Origin: Eledone cirrhosa
Taxonomy: Eukaryota
Length of the DNA: 64,000 bases
Direction of reading: 5' to 3'
Assembly: GCA_964016885.1 (NCBI GenBank)
Contig: OZ024743.1
Coordinates: 96,286,001-96,350,000, forward strand
The position numbers and the translations under genes were made by a program. Below the pieces are notes generated by a model. The model did no database searches. It was given only the letters and a program-made list of their open reading frames with translations, and was not told the origin of the DNA. Each line of letters opens with the position of its first letter. The first letter of the stretch is position 1. Shown here in pieces: positions 28,159 through 41,758 of this stretch.

Positions 28159-28343
28159 TTGTTTCTACTTTTGGCACAAGGCCAGCAATTACCCAGTGCA
28201 TTACTGGTACTTTATTTTATCGACCCCGTAAGGATGAAAGGCAAAGTTAGCCTCGGCGGCATTTGAACTCAGAATGGCAAGGGCCGTAACTCTATGCGTC
28301 AAAGCATGGCGTCCGACCCTCTACCAATACTGCCAATCCACGA
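28159..28343 (-). mobile_element. SINE family A, full length, 16-bp TSD
   Basis: ACAGGGAGATAATAAT lies on both sides. Confidence 0.93.
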
Positions 28344-29667
28344 ACACAGGGAGATAATAATGATGGAATAAAATGTTTAGTTGGTAATTTTACTGTAGTT
28401 TATAAAGAAATTAATGATGTTGAACCTGGGATCAGGTGGTTTAAGGATATAAAAATTATGATTTATTCTAATTTAAATTCTCTGTTTGAGAAAAAGGCCA
28501 CTTGATGTTATGTACATTATTATTATTAGCTATTTGCCTTTCGCCCTTCCAGGGTCAATGAAATAAAGTACCAGTTAAGTACTGAAGTTGATATAATTCA
28601 CTTTCCTATTCCTCCAAATTGCTGGCCCAGTGCCAATGTTAGAAAGAGATATTTTTGAAAGCAATAGTAAAGGAAGTAGTAGAGCCAAAACAGTAGAGTG
28701 GAGCCAAAACAGTAGAGTACTGTACTAAATACCATATAATATCTAGTTACATCTATATAAATTCTAAATTACAATTCTGCTGGAGTCAATTTTACTTTAC
28801 ATACATCTGGAGATCATTGAGACATACCAGCTTACTCAAGTAAAGAAACAGGAAACACTTTCAGTATGTGCTTTAATAGTCATTATAATAGATACACTAG
28901 CAAGATATGTCAAAAGATGCTTCTTTAATCCCTCCTATTTAGGTTATATATCGTGTTAAAATGATATTAATGAAACCCTACAATAAAGTTTCAGTTGACT
29001 ATACTCTCTATATGTGTGGTCATATATCTATGTAAGAAATTATTGTTAAAGAAAAATTACATTAGTTGATGTTCTTTTAAACAGTTTCAGTTTGTAAAGA
29101 AGACAGAGCAAACTTAACAGTGGTTTACTTTTCCTAGTTATTAGCATTAGTTGTTATTTATTCATTGAGTTAGTTTTAATTGGACAGACTTACCATTGAA
29201 AAGTATTCCAGCCATAAACATCATATCTTGTGGTTTTTATAAAGAAGGGAATTTAACCATGTACACGACATCCCAAATCATTGACCACTCCCCGTGACAG
29301 ACAAGAAAAACAACAAATTTTTAGGATTATTTGTTTTGATATTTCTGTTTTGACTGCATGCCGATATATGGACTGTACCCGTTGATAAGTTCGGCTAGAT
29401 TTCTGCTGTTCTAATACTGTTGGTTTAGTTCAGATCTAGCTGTCGAAACAGCCGGAGCTCAGCCATCGGAGTCCTGACTCTTTTCCTATTACCCACTCTA
29501 CTACCCTAAATATCGAGTACTCTGGTGCGTTATGGTCCACCTTGTATCTTACCACACCTTCTTTGTTGTATATATATATATATTATCCCCAAACAGAGCT
29601 TTGTTACGATTTGGTGATGAAATTAAATATTACTCATTGGCACTGTCAAGTAAATGGTTATATGCTG

Positions 29668-29795
29668 GTCCCTTTACGATCTGAGTTCAAATCCCGCCGA
29701 GGTTGACTTTGCCTTTCATCCTTACGGGGTCGATAAAATAAAGTACCAGTAATGCACTCGGTGATTGCTGGCCTTGTGCCTTAAGTAGAAACAAT
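29668..29795 (+). mobile_element. SINE family A, partial
   Basis: B-box, core and tail. Confidence 0.88.
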
Positions 29796-30247
29796 TAATG
29801 ATAATAACAAGACATGTATAATAAGTAATATAGAACTTTATGTAATGATTGTTAATATTTGTGATGATTGTTAACATTTTATTTACTGAATCACATCGTC
29901 CTTAATTTATCTCTTATTCCCATTTTCGTAATTATTTTGACAGTAAATACAATTTAGCATTTTCAATGCAATGATGATTCCAATGACATGGAACTTGCAA
30001 GTTTATTGATTAGAATTTATGTTAGAGTAGCTAAGCAAATGGTTTCTTCATTCTATTACCATTTTTAATGCTGGATGTGAGCAACTCTGAGATTCAAATA
30101 ACTTCATGTTTGCTTAAGATATATATGCTTGTGAAGGATGATTTAATGATTCAAATTTTCATGAGCCAAAGAATTGACTTGCTTCAAATATTATATGTAT
30201 ATATATATATATATACATATAATATTTGAAGCAAGTCAATTCTTTGG

Positions 30248-30840
30248 TTGGATTAAATTCATTTGATTTATCTTAATTTTGGATATAGATATATAAATAC
30301 GGCTCCTTAATTGTAGAGCTATCACTGTTGAAAGGACTCGACTGCTGTTTCTAGTTGTCGATAACCCTATTCACGCCACTGGGACGAAGCTAGTGCGATG
30401 TGTGTATTTCTAGTAGATATAGCACGTGTTACTGGCCAGTCGCTGATTTGAACTTGAAGTGTAAACACGGATCGCTGGAACTTCTTCCTTGTTGAAAATC
30501 CAAGTATCCACTTCCGTGGTTTACCATTCGATTAATTGGTGAAATATATTTCTTTAATGGAATATATACAGGGAAGATTAATCATATTATAAGGTATCTA
30601 TTTTTGAATTTCTGGTCAACTTTATGTAGTTACCTACCTAGCTATGTGTGGTTACACACTTGTAAAAATTATCTCATGATTATTCATGTTTATTTATATG
30701 TTAATCAATTTCTAGTTATTATAAAATGCTCGGACCTACTCGTTAGAATCTTAGAGCTTATTTTGCGGGTGATATGGTCTTTCTGGCATGACACCCATAA
30801 TTTTGATTTGGATTAAATTCATTTGATTTATCTTAATTTT

Positions 30841-30847
<7 letters not shown>
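30248..30847. mobile_element. 560-bp non-coding unit with 40-bp terminal direct repeat
   Basis: TTGGATTAAATTCATTTGATTTATCTTAATTTTGGATATA at 30248 and 30808. Preceded by a palindrome and followed by (TA)n. Confidence 0.65.
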
Positions 30848-30887
<40 letters not shown>

Positions 30888-32074
30888 TAAAAGGAAAAGA
30901 AAATGCTGACAAATTGTTCCCAGTGAAAAATAGTTTAATTAGGAATAAGTAAAAATTAGTAATAGTATTGGTTAGTATTCAGTTTTGGTTTTAAGTTTTA
31001 CCGGTTGCGCATTTCTTATGCTTTTCAAAAATAAGTTTGAGATAGAGCGTCCGTGATGTTTGCTCTAATCTGATTAGTTTTGGAAATTCTACCTGTTTTA
31101 TGTAAAAAAAGGTGACTCCAGATGTGTGAAAAAAATTCTTGTGGTCAAAACAATTTTGATTGGTTGGTAGAGGTCATGTGAATGTTAAAAATGGATTTTG
31201 CGCCAAATGTAGGTTTGTCTCGGCTGATTGAGAAGTCACTGAAAAATAAGTCTTTCAAGGCAAATATGTGTGTGTGTGTGTGTGTGTATGTACTAGTAGT
31301 AAAGAGGTTCGTTGTTGTGATAATGGTCGGCAGGGATGTGTGTGCGAACCGCAGCCTGTTGACAGTTCAAATGCCTATTAAGACAAGTGTGTGTGTGTGT
31401 GTGTATGTGTAGCAGAGTAATTCGTGGTAGAGGGATGGTCAGTAGGAATGTGTCTGTACGTGTGTGGGGGATATTTTAATATGTTAAAAGATATTTTTCA
31501 GCTCTTGTCTTATACGGAGAAGTGTGTGTGTGTGTATGTCTCTTTGTATGTTAATGTACGCGTGTGTATGTGTGTGTGTATATATGTGTGTGTGTATATA
31601 TGTGTGTGTGAGAGAGAATGTGTGTGTGTGTGTGGGTAGACCAGTATTTTTGTGATACTGGTAAAAATGGTGTACATTATTCGATATTTTCAGTAAAAAC
31701 GATTCTCTCAATAGAACATCAAAAACCTTAATAATAAAAGGTGAGAAATGATATATAGTATTGGCATAATACCAAGGTGTGTGTGAGTGTCCAGATTGTA
31801 CGTACTGCAAGGGGAATCCATTAGGCCTTGCCGTATTGGAATACTTGTGTACAAATATGTATGTGCCCATCAGTGTGCAATGCATGTGTGCGTATATGTA
31901 TGTGTTTGTGTCGGCACGTTTATATCTATAGACATCAAAAGGTATGCAAATTTGTGTATATTTGTGTTGCACCATAGAACATGTGTGTTTACGTATGTCA
32001 TTGTGTTTATATGTGGATAGAGATGTATACTGATGTAGGTATGTATGTTGACGTGTGTATGTTGTGGGTTCGTC

Positions 32075-33874
32075 TTAGGGAGAAGTGTTTAGACGGGGTC
32101 CGTATTTGTTAATAAAGTGAGATTCCTTGCTGATGCGCTGGGTGTGGGTGGCATTATCTTTAAATTTGTAGAGGGGAAAGATTCTGAAGTTGGGATGATT
32201 TTGGGCGGCACAGGTATCAATGTGTTCACTCAGTGGTATTTTCCTGTATTCCCGTATTTTAATTTGGGATCTATGGTGGACAGTCATGCGTTGGCGGAGG
32301 GTGTTTTTGGTCTGGCCTATGTATTGTTCTCGACAACCTGAGCAAGTTAATACATATATTAGATTTTCTGATGCGCATGTGAAATTGTGTTTTACTATAA
32401 AACGTTGTCCTTCTTTGAAATAGAATTCCTAACCCTCTATTAGGTTGATGCATATGCCACAGTTGGGTCTATCGCATTTTTTTTACTGTGGGTTTTGTTG
32501 TTGTGGTTGGCAGTACTTTGGCATATGTTAGTATGTTTTTCATTGACTTAGATTGTCTTTTGCTCTTTATGATATCGTGTGTTCGTAGGATTTGGTTCAT
32601 TCTATGGTCCTTTTTCAACACAGGGATGTTCTGGAGGATGGTGTCAAAGGCCTCATTGTTGAGGGGGTTGTGTGTGGAGATGTATGGAAGAGCTTTTAGT
32701 TTCGGTTGATTTACTTTAGGGTGTCTAAGGTCCTGGGTACTGAGTTTTAGGGCACGTTGGATTCCATTGTCAATTAGTGATGCAGGGTAGTCCCTGCCTA
32801 TGAGTGTGTCCTTTAGTTCTTGTAGCCGTAAGTAGCAGGTGTTTTTATTGGAGACTATAGTACAGATTCTCTTGGCTAAGTTGTAGGGAATATTAATTTT
32901 AACGTGTCTAGGGTGGCAAGAGTTGAAAGGAAGATATTGCTTGGAGTCTGTGGGCTTGTAGTATATGTCTGTTTCTATTTTTTTGTTATGGATCTTAATG
33001 AGGATGTCGAGGAAGGGGAGTTGTTGATGGCTGTATTCCATCGTGAAGTTAATATTCGTGTTGAGCCCATTTATAAGGGTGTGAAATTCTTTAAGTTTCT
33101 CGATGTTTTCGTGCCAAAGGATGAAGCAGTCATCTAGATATCGCTTCCAGTTCCTTTCTATGTGTAAGTGGAGAGTGTTTCCAAATGTTTTTAGTACTTT
33201 AGTGTAGAGGGTGATTTCCAAGTATCACATGACTAGGTTGGCATAAGTGGGGCTGTTTTCGTTCCCATAGCGGTCCTAGATTTCTGCCTGTAGGGTTTGT
33301 TATTGAAAACGAAGTAATTGTTCTCCAAGATAAATTTGAGTCCCTCTATCACGAATTCTTTTTTGATGCGTTGTGGGAGTTCATTGTGGTAATTATCCAG
33401 CCAGAATTGGATAGGTTCTATTCCTAGGTTGTGGGGGGATGTTGGAGTATAGGTTGACTACATCGAACGTCACTAGCAGGGTTTGTTCAGAAAGGGGCAT
33501 ATTAGGGAGGTGATTGAGCATATCTAGGTCGTCCCTTATATAGCTTTTGATATGTTTGAGAAAAGGCTTGAGAAGGGTATCAATGAAGTTGCTAAGGTGG
33601 TGGGTTTCGCAAGCGGGGCCTGCTATTATAGGTCCTATTTGAGATCATTGGGTTAGGGGACATTGATGACTATGTCTGTGGCTTCCTTGCATGCCTTACT
33701 TATTAATTCGCTTTCATGTACTTTAGGGATACCGTAGAAAAGGGTGGATTTACTTGTGAAGTCTGTGATGAAGCTGAATTCCTTGTTAGTGAGTCCTTCT
33801 TTGTATTGGTTGATCAGAGTTTTTAGGTTTCTCATAATTTTCTGTTGATTGTAGTGTTCAGCCTTTTCGTAGTA

Positions 33875-33880
<6 letters not shown>
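32075..33880 (-). mobile_element. Penelope-like element (Neptune-type): RT plus GIY-YIG, 5'-truncated and frameshifted
   Basis: FYGIPKVH, TAMGTKTAP, WKRYLDD, LPFLD, IYYKPTD, linker CDRPNCGIC, NLIYVLTCSGCREQYIGQT..LRQRM..H. Confidence 0.92.
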
Positions 33881-33969
<89 letters not shown>

Positions 33970-34130
33970 AGAATTAAAATAAGAATTAAAATACTAGAGT
34001 GTGTTGGAGTTAAACACCCTCTTCATATTATAGAAATGACAGTAAAGATATAGCTCAATGTAATTAAACAGAGCCGAAGAATTATAAAAATAAAGCAAAG
34101 AACCCTTCAATACATCAAAAGTCTTTATTA

Positions 34131-34168
34131 GCCAACAATGTTTCGTCCTATTAAGGACTCATCAGGGC
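34131..34168 (-). ncRNA. Minimal type I hammerhead ribozyme, inverted copy
   Basis: Reverse complement of 35141-35178. Confidence 0.85.
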
Positions 34169-34759
34169 AAGTAAAGCTATAAGAAGCACTATCGGCCAAT
34201 ACAAGCCAAAAGCCATGTAATTATGTATACTATACTATGTTTGTTATTTGATATTGAAGTTGTTATATCATATCACTTTATGTAATCGTACTATAGATCT
34301 TAAATATTTACCGATTATTCGATGTACCCTTATGTTAAATTTTGTAAATTCTGTAATATGTTTATATTTTTATAATTTTTATGTTTAGATAATATTTATT
34401 TATACCAATTGTATAAAAACTCGACCTCCGTCTGTTTTGTTACAATGGTATAGATATTTTTCCAGCACAATTTTTTCAACACAATTCAGTTCTGTTTGAT
34501 ATTTTTTTTCTCACCCTGTGTGTAACTTTATATGATTTGTTAAGTTATATGCCAATATATTATAATATTGTTATTATAGTGTTATTGTAATATTTATATT
34601 GTTTGTGCAAATTGACCGGAGATTATAAATTATATAGTATATTATATTTTTATTTTTTCATTTCTTTATCATTTTATACTGTAAATAATATATGTATTAT
34701 ATTTATATTTAAACTCTTAATAAGTGTTAGTTTGTGTTTGTATTGATGGATATGTGTAT

Positions 34760-34829
<70 letters not shown>

Positions 34830-35140
34830 GTATATATATATATATGTGTATAGGGCCTTTTAATATTTTTAATATTATTATTATTATCATTATCAATTAT
34901 ATTATATTATATTATATTATATTATATTATATATCGTACTGTAATTCTCGCTTTATATCACCACTTGTGTTTAGTTTTAGTTTTTGCATTGTACTATATT
35001 TGTAATATGGGTTCAAAATGTTATTCACTTCCTTAGCAATTTTTACTTGATAATTTTCCTATGCTTTAATGTATGTATACTCCATATTCTTCTGAGTTTT
35101 TGGCTTGTATTGGCCGATAGTGCTTCTTATAGCTTTACTT

Positions 35141-35178
35141 GCCCTGATGAGTCCTTAATAGGACGAAACATTGTTGGC
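35141..35178 (+). ncRNA. Minimal type I hammerhead ribozyme
   Basis: gcc-CTGATGA-gtcct taat aggac-GAAAC-att-GTT-ggc. Confidence 0.87.
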
Positions 35179-35216
35179 TAATAAAGACTTTTGATGTATT
35201 GAAGGCTTCTTAGGTT

Positions 35217-35258
<42 letters not shown>

Positions 35259-35708
35259 ATAATATCACGTGGTTTGCATTACACCTTACAAAACAAATTA
35301 CTACATTATCACCACATGCCTCTCTAACAAATTGCACACTATCTTAAACATTTATAACAATTATAACATGATTTAACACCCCACACAAAATATGTTTATT
35401 TCAACTGCATTATAACTCTTTCCTCATACATGCATTATTGACTGTATTGACTCCTACATTGTACACCAATTGTCCTTGCTTATAACTTCTTTGCCTGTGT
35501 TTTTTTTTTTGCTTGTGTTTTTTTTGCTTGTGCTTTTTACTTATACCTATTACACTTCCAACCAGTGCTGCCTGTAATTGTGTTCTTTCAAGCAGAACAT
35601 CTTTTTAATTCCTGACTCTCCATATGTTACCTTTGACACTAACAACAATTATGTACCCTAAATGTTCTAAAGGACTAGGATTCTAGTTACATGTTTCGAC
35701 ATTCCTTA

Positions 35709-35755
35709 TGCTCCGATGATTCCAGACTTCCCTCTGGAAGAAACAATTGTCAGCA
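35709..35755 (+). ncRNA. Type I hammerhead motif with U4-to-C change
   Basis: tgct-CCGATGA-ttccaga cttccc tctggaa-GAAAC-aatt-GTC-agca. Stem III is the palindrome ACAATTGT. Confidence 0.7.
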
Positions 35756-35810
35756 AATAAATGTAAATGTTCTAAACTAAAATTTGATCGTTTTAACACT
35801 TTGTATATAC

Positions 35811-35896
<86 letters not shown>

Positions 35897-36123
35897 CCCA
35901 ATAGCTTTATTAGCTATTGCTCGCACCAACTGGAGGTATATGATTTTTAAAGTGATGAAATACCAATGAAGGTTGGAAAAATCACTGATGAAGGACTATT
36001 TTTATCATATGTAACCCGTGTGCAACCATGCAGTATTCATTCTTCTCATGTTTTTTATATATATATATTTCATTTCTGAATTTGTTTAGCAAGATTCTTT
36101 ATCTGAAAACGTGTGTTGAAAGC

Positions 36124-36294
36124 AATATTGTTATACTTTGGGAGGGTCATGTTGCCAATAAGAAACACATGCACCAGTTGCTTTCACTTCAATTAATTAT
36201 AAATTAAATTTATAAATTTATTATAATAAATTGAAGTGAAAGCAACTGGTGCGTGTGTTTCTTATTGGCAACATGACCCTCCCAAAGTATAACA

Positions 36295-36298
<4 letters not shown>
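36124..36298. repeat. Near-perfect fold-back (about 70-bp arms); part repeated at 36331-36414
   Basis: ATATTGTTATACTTTGGGAGGGTCATG... pairs with ...CATGACCCTCCCAAAGTATAACAATAT. Confidence 0.9.
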
Positions 36299-36332
<34 letters not shown>

Positions 36333-36753
36333 TTGCCAATAAGAAACACACGCACCAGTTGCTTTCACTTCAATTTATTATAATAAATTTATAAATTTAA
36401 TTTATAATAAATTGATGCTGCTGATAAAGATGATTATAATTATGATAATGATGAGGAAGTAGATGTTGATTTTACCAACCCTGACATGAGATATTTTAGC
36501 CATCAACTTCTAACATGTGTATGTCAGAGAATTTTCAATGGTATGCATTTTGAAATATAGTAAGGTATCAGATACCGGAATGAAGTATCTTAAAAGACAA
36601 GATATCATATTCTACAAGTGCTGATGAAAATATATATATATACACATATATATATGTGTATATATATATTTACAGGCCTCGCCGGAGCAAAGTTCAACAC
36701 ATGGCCAACCCTGGCCAGAGTTGCAAGCATGGTAAACAGAAATGATGATGATG

Positions 36754-36833
<80 letters not shown>

Positions 36834-37020
36834 TATATATATATATATACATAAATTGGATTTCGCTTCCAGCATAGCTTTATACAATATGTATAGAAAT
36901 TTCGTATTTCTAAGGAAACACGGTTTTAGGAAGCCGTAGCTATGCAAATACTGGGGCTACCGCCCTCTGGTGGTGTCCAGCAGAAGCAAGGGTGACATAC
37001 ATATATATATACATATATAT

Positions 37021-37172
<152 letters not shown>

Positions 37173-37254
37173 GTTATTCCGGGTTGAATCGGAGGTAACC
37201 ACAGTAAGTAAGGTACTCAATACATAGCAGAGTATAAAAGTTTTAATATAGATG

Positions 37255-37305
37255 AGATTCTACAGGACTAGAACTGTTTCATTCTTTAGAAATCATCAGG
37301 AATCT
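37255..37305 (-). ncRNA. Complete type I hammerhead ribozyme
   Basis: agattc-CTGATGA-tttctaaagaat-GAAAC-ag ttctagtc ct-GTA-gaatct. Stem I is 6 bp and stem III is ACAG/CTGT. Confidence 0.85.
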
Positions 37306-37866
37306 GGTCAAAAAATAAAAATGGTATTTATAGGTCTCTACAAGTGGTAGGAAAGGGTGGGGAGTGGGAGGGGTGTAGGTCATTGGTTGATAGAAAAGGG
37401 AATTCATTAAAAGCTAATTCTACAAAGCTATAGTTTATTTTTATTTATTTATGTTTTTAGAGTAACAAAGGCAGACAGAATTCTATAAACAGGTTCCGGA
37501 TGGCATACCATTCCTTGTCATTAAGTTTCTCTTAAGCTAACAGATGTCTATAAGATCAGTGGGGGGTCAGTCATGGTAGATAGAATTAAAGAAAAGGGAG
37601 ATTCTTTAAAAGCTAAAATCATTAAGGTTCTACTAAGTGACAAAGGTTTAGAGAATTCTGTAGACAGATTCAAAATACTGAGTGTATATCTTCGAACTTC
37701 TCTTAAACTAATCAACTATATGCCAAAAATCAACAGACACATTCACAAAAAAACATACTCACTCACACACTCACGCGCAACCATAAACACACATACACAT
37801 ACACATATACACACATAAAAACACACACACATATATATAAATATATTTATATACATACATATACAT

Positions 37867-38005
<139 letters not shown>

Positions 38006-38639
38006 TATATACACACTTACACACATATATATACACACACACACACATATATACACATATAAATACACTCACACACATACATACAAACAAAAATATACAT
38101 GTGTATACATATACACATAAATACACATAGATAGATATATATATACAGATATATGCAAAGTTTTATTTAAATTGTTGGGTTACAACGAGTAAATATTTAT
38201 AACTGATATAAAAGCACTCAACAAGTATTTGGAGTATATTTACGATATTAAATAAATGGAAACTATATTTATAAAACCATATTTATTTCATTATATATAT
38301 TTCAGGGATATCATATTAAAAATATGGTATGCCTTCTTCAGACAAAATACAATATAAACAGTCTTATAAATAGATAGATTTGACATACCTTACAACTTCA
38401 ACTTCCATTTAAAAAGTTGATTTGGTAGTGAAAAATGTTAGGGACAGTTATAAAAAGAAAGAAAGAAAAAAAGCGAAGAAAAAGAAGAAATGCATGCAAC
38501 TAAACAGAGAGAGATAGATATAGAGAGATAGATATAGAGAGATAGATAGAGAGAGATAGATAGAGAGAAGAAATTCATGTAAAGAAACAGAGAGAGATAG
38601 ATAGAGAGAGAAAAAACACAGAGGGAGATAGATAGAGAT

Positions 38640-38675
<36 letters not shown>

Positions 38676-39782
38676 AAAAATAGAGAGAGATAGATATAGA
38701 TAGAGATAGAGAGAAAGAAAATAGGTAGTTGGGCACCAGTTGAATGACGTATCAATGATATATTTATTTATTTATTTATTTATTTAGTTCTAGTATTAAG
38801 GTAGAGAGAGATATATGTGGTTAGGAGAGAAAACAGCCGTTACATAGAGAGAAAAGAAAAATATCCAGAGATAAACGAGGCAGATTTAAAACATTATGTT
38901 TCATCAACGTAAAAATATCAATTCGTATGAATTAGGTATTATAATGTAAATATCAGTATTCATGAATGAGACACGTATCAATAATGTGTGAAAAATAATG
39001 ATCATATGTCTAGTTTAAAATTCCTAGGTTTATATCAGAACTGAGATAAAAAAAATGAGATAAAAAAACTGAGATAAAAAACTGAGATAAAAACTTCAAA
39101 AAAAAATTGAAATACATAAGTATATATGCATTTTCATGAAAAAAGAAAAAGAAAAAGAAAATAGAAGGTTATCCCAGATTCGATACTATAGACTTCCATG
39201 TGAATTTACGTGATCAACTCTGCAAATTCCTATTTCACATGAAAACATTCTCATTGTGCTATAAAAATTCTAGTATACATATATGTGTACATACACACAA
39301 ATATATATAGAATCTACATTAATTTTAACAATACTATTATTGTCTTTACTCTACATGATTATCGTTCAAGCATAAATAGACAACAGATATCAATATATCA
39401 ATAAAAATATCAAAAAATTAAAAAATATTAAAAATAAAACACAGTATGCCCCGCAAATCAACCACAGAGATCAACCCTTCAAAATTAATTGACAATATAT
39501 TGCCAAGTTCATTATAAGCATCAGAATCAAAAGCAAACAAAACCAAAATTATTTACCAAATCCTGTCTAGCAGAAATCATTCCAAAAGTTTAGGATACCC
39601 ATTTGATCTACAGATGGTTTTATATTTATTATAGACGTTTATCTAGTGTAAAATTTATTCGATATATTTGGAGCATCAGCTTTTAGGGTAGTTTAATTAT
39701 TCATGAAGAATGTTTAAAAAAAAAGAAATCGAAAGATTTATCGGCGAGTTTCATAAATAATTATAAATCATAAGTAAATATA

Positions 39783-40800
39783 CTACATTTTAAATTTATA
39801 TTTATATTTAAAAGTTGAGTTCAATCTATGTCTGCAGCAACTGAATAAATTTGTCCGTAAATTAAGGGAATTTTTAGATTTTAGTATAAAGAATATCTCC
39901 TCCGCGCAGAGGTCACATGTCTCAGAGGATGAATTAAAAGGAATCCCTCTTGAGACTATATTCCAAGCCGTCGAATATCCAACGTTATCATGCTTAAGTT
40001 GCCAGAGTAAGCCTGATAGTGATGTTGAAGATTTTTTGCTTGGATCTGTGAAAGAATTCTTGTGGTTATTATAGCGAAGTTTAAATTCTGTCGAGGTGGA
40101 ACCAACATAGTTAAAAGAATTTAAGTCCGTTTTAACATTACAGTTGTATATTATATTTTTAACTAAGCAATTGTTATTTAACGGACATTTAGATCTATCT
40201 CTACAGTTACATTTGTTTACTTGGATATTATTTATGCTATTATTGGTATTTTGGCTAGGTTTTAAATTCCTATTATTTATTCTATTAATATTTTGTGCTA
40301 AATTTTTGGTGGATGAGTAAGTTAATTTTATAGTATGTCTATTGAAAATTGAGTGATGCCTATGTGTTCTAGGGAAGCGATTATCAAGAGCATTAAAAAA
40401 AAGTTTAGCGATGTGGGTTTTAATGCTTAGTGAGAAAGGGGGGGCAAACCATATTATATTCCTAGTTCTATTTCTTTTTTGGCTTTTGGAATTATTGTAA
40501 TGCTTTCTATTATAGTTGTTAAAGTTGTTGCCGTAATTAAAATTGTTGTTATTTTGGTTAGTTTGTCTATTATTATCTATGTACATAATTTTATCACTAT
40601 ATCCTGCTCTAGCTAACGCTTCATTGTAATACTGGGCTTTTTCGTCGAAAATCTTTTTATTAGATGAGATTCTAGAGATACGTTTTTGAACAGAGTTCAC
40701 TATAGTATTTTTAACAGATCTGAGGTGGTTAGAGTTAAAACTGACATAGTTTAAGTTTTCATTCAACTTGTGAAATGGATAGTGAAGACATGTGTTGATA
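39783..40800 (-). mobile_element. Penelope-like element (Naiad-like), 5'-truncated: RT C-terminus plus GIY-YIG, 327 aa still open
   Basis: WFAPPFS, CNCRDRSKCPL (CxCx5C), IIYNC..YVGST..FKLRYNNH, CDLC..E, CCRH. Confidence 0.9.
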
Positions 40801-41010
40801 TTTAATTACTCATACTTCTCGCCTTCTTCACTACCTCTTCTACGGCCTCGATATGAATACCCCCTCCGCCTCCGTGGTATTTTCTTCGTGGTTATAAGAG
40901 GCTTAGCTCTGTTTCTCGACCGTTATATCGCGTGACTATCTCCCCCTCCGCCTTTTGGGATTCTTTCTCACGTCGTGTAGACCCGTTCTTGAGACTAGTA
41001 AAATGAGGTA

Positions 41011-41098
41011 TCCTCTTGATAAGTCGGCAGACCTCGCAAGGACTCTATATCTTTGATATATTGTTTTTGTTTATGCCACGAAACTACGCAGTCGAGGA
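41011..41098 (+). ncRNA. Type I hammerhead, U3:A8 core variant
   Basis: tcctc-TTGATAA-gt(c)ggca...tgccac-GAAAC-tacgca-GTC-gagga. Confidence 0.75.
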
Positions 41099-41601
41099 AT
41101 TTAGGAGCAGTTTAGGTATGATACATTTTATTACTAATTATATCTAAATGTTTCTTCTCTCTTCATAATGTATTTTTAACTCTGATACTGGTTCAGTCTG
41201 GTTCAAACTGAATTGGTCTGTCCCAGTCATTCATTGAGCAACATCGGTGAAGTTGGCACCCTTAACTCACAGTTGGGTGCGGATGCATTCATGTATATAT
41301 GTGTGTGTCCGCATGTATCTGTGTGTTTATAAATATATTAATAACTCCCTCTGGTCGAGCAATCTTTGAAGTGTGGGGACAACTGGAAAGCTTCCATTAC
41401 TCATACTTCTCGCCTTCTTCACTACCTCTTCTACGGCCTCGATATGAATACCCCCTCCGCCTCCGTGGTATTTTCTTCGTGGTTATAAGAGGCTTAGCTC
41501 TGTTTCTCGACCGTTATATCGCGTGACTATCTCCCCCTCCGCCTTTTGGGATTCTTTCTCACGTCGTGTAGACGCGTTCTTGAGACTAGTAAAATGAGGT
41601 A

Positions 41602-41689
41602 TCCTCTTGATAAGTCGGCAGACCTCGCAAGGACTCTATATATTTGATATATTGTTTTTGTTTATGCCACGAAACTACGTAGTCGAGGA
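41602..41689 (+). ncRNA. Type I hammerhead, U3:A8 core variant, perfect palindromic stem III
   Basis: Same motif as 41011-41098 with stem III ACTACGTAGT. Confidence 0.78.
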
Positions 41690-41758
41690 ATTTAGGAGCA
41701 GTTTAGGTATGATACATTTTATTACTAATTATATCTAAATGTTTCTTCTCTCTTCATA

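Noticed and set aside
38195-38280. CTGATAT...GAAACTATATTT as a hammerhead
   Set aside because: The core deviates at positions 8, 9 and 16.2, and the stems are unconvincing.
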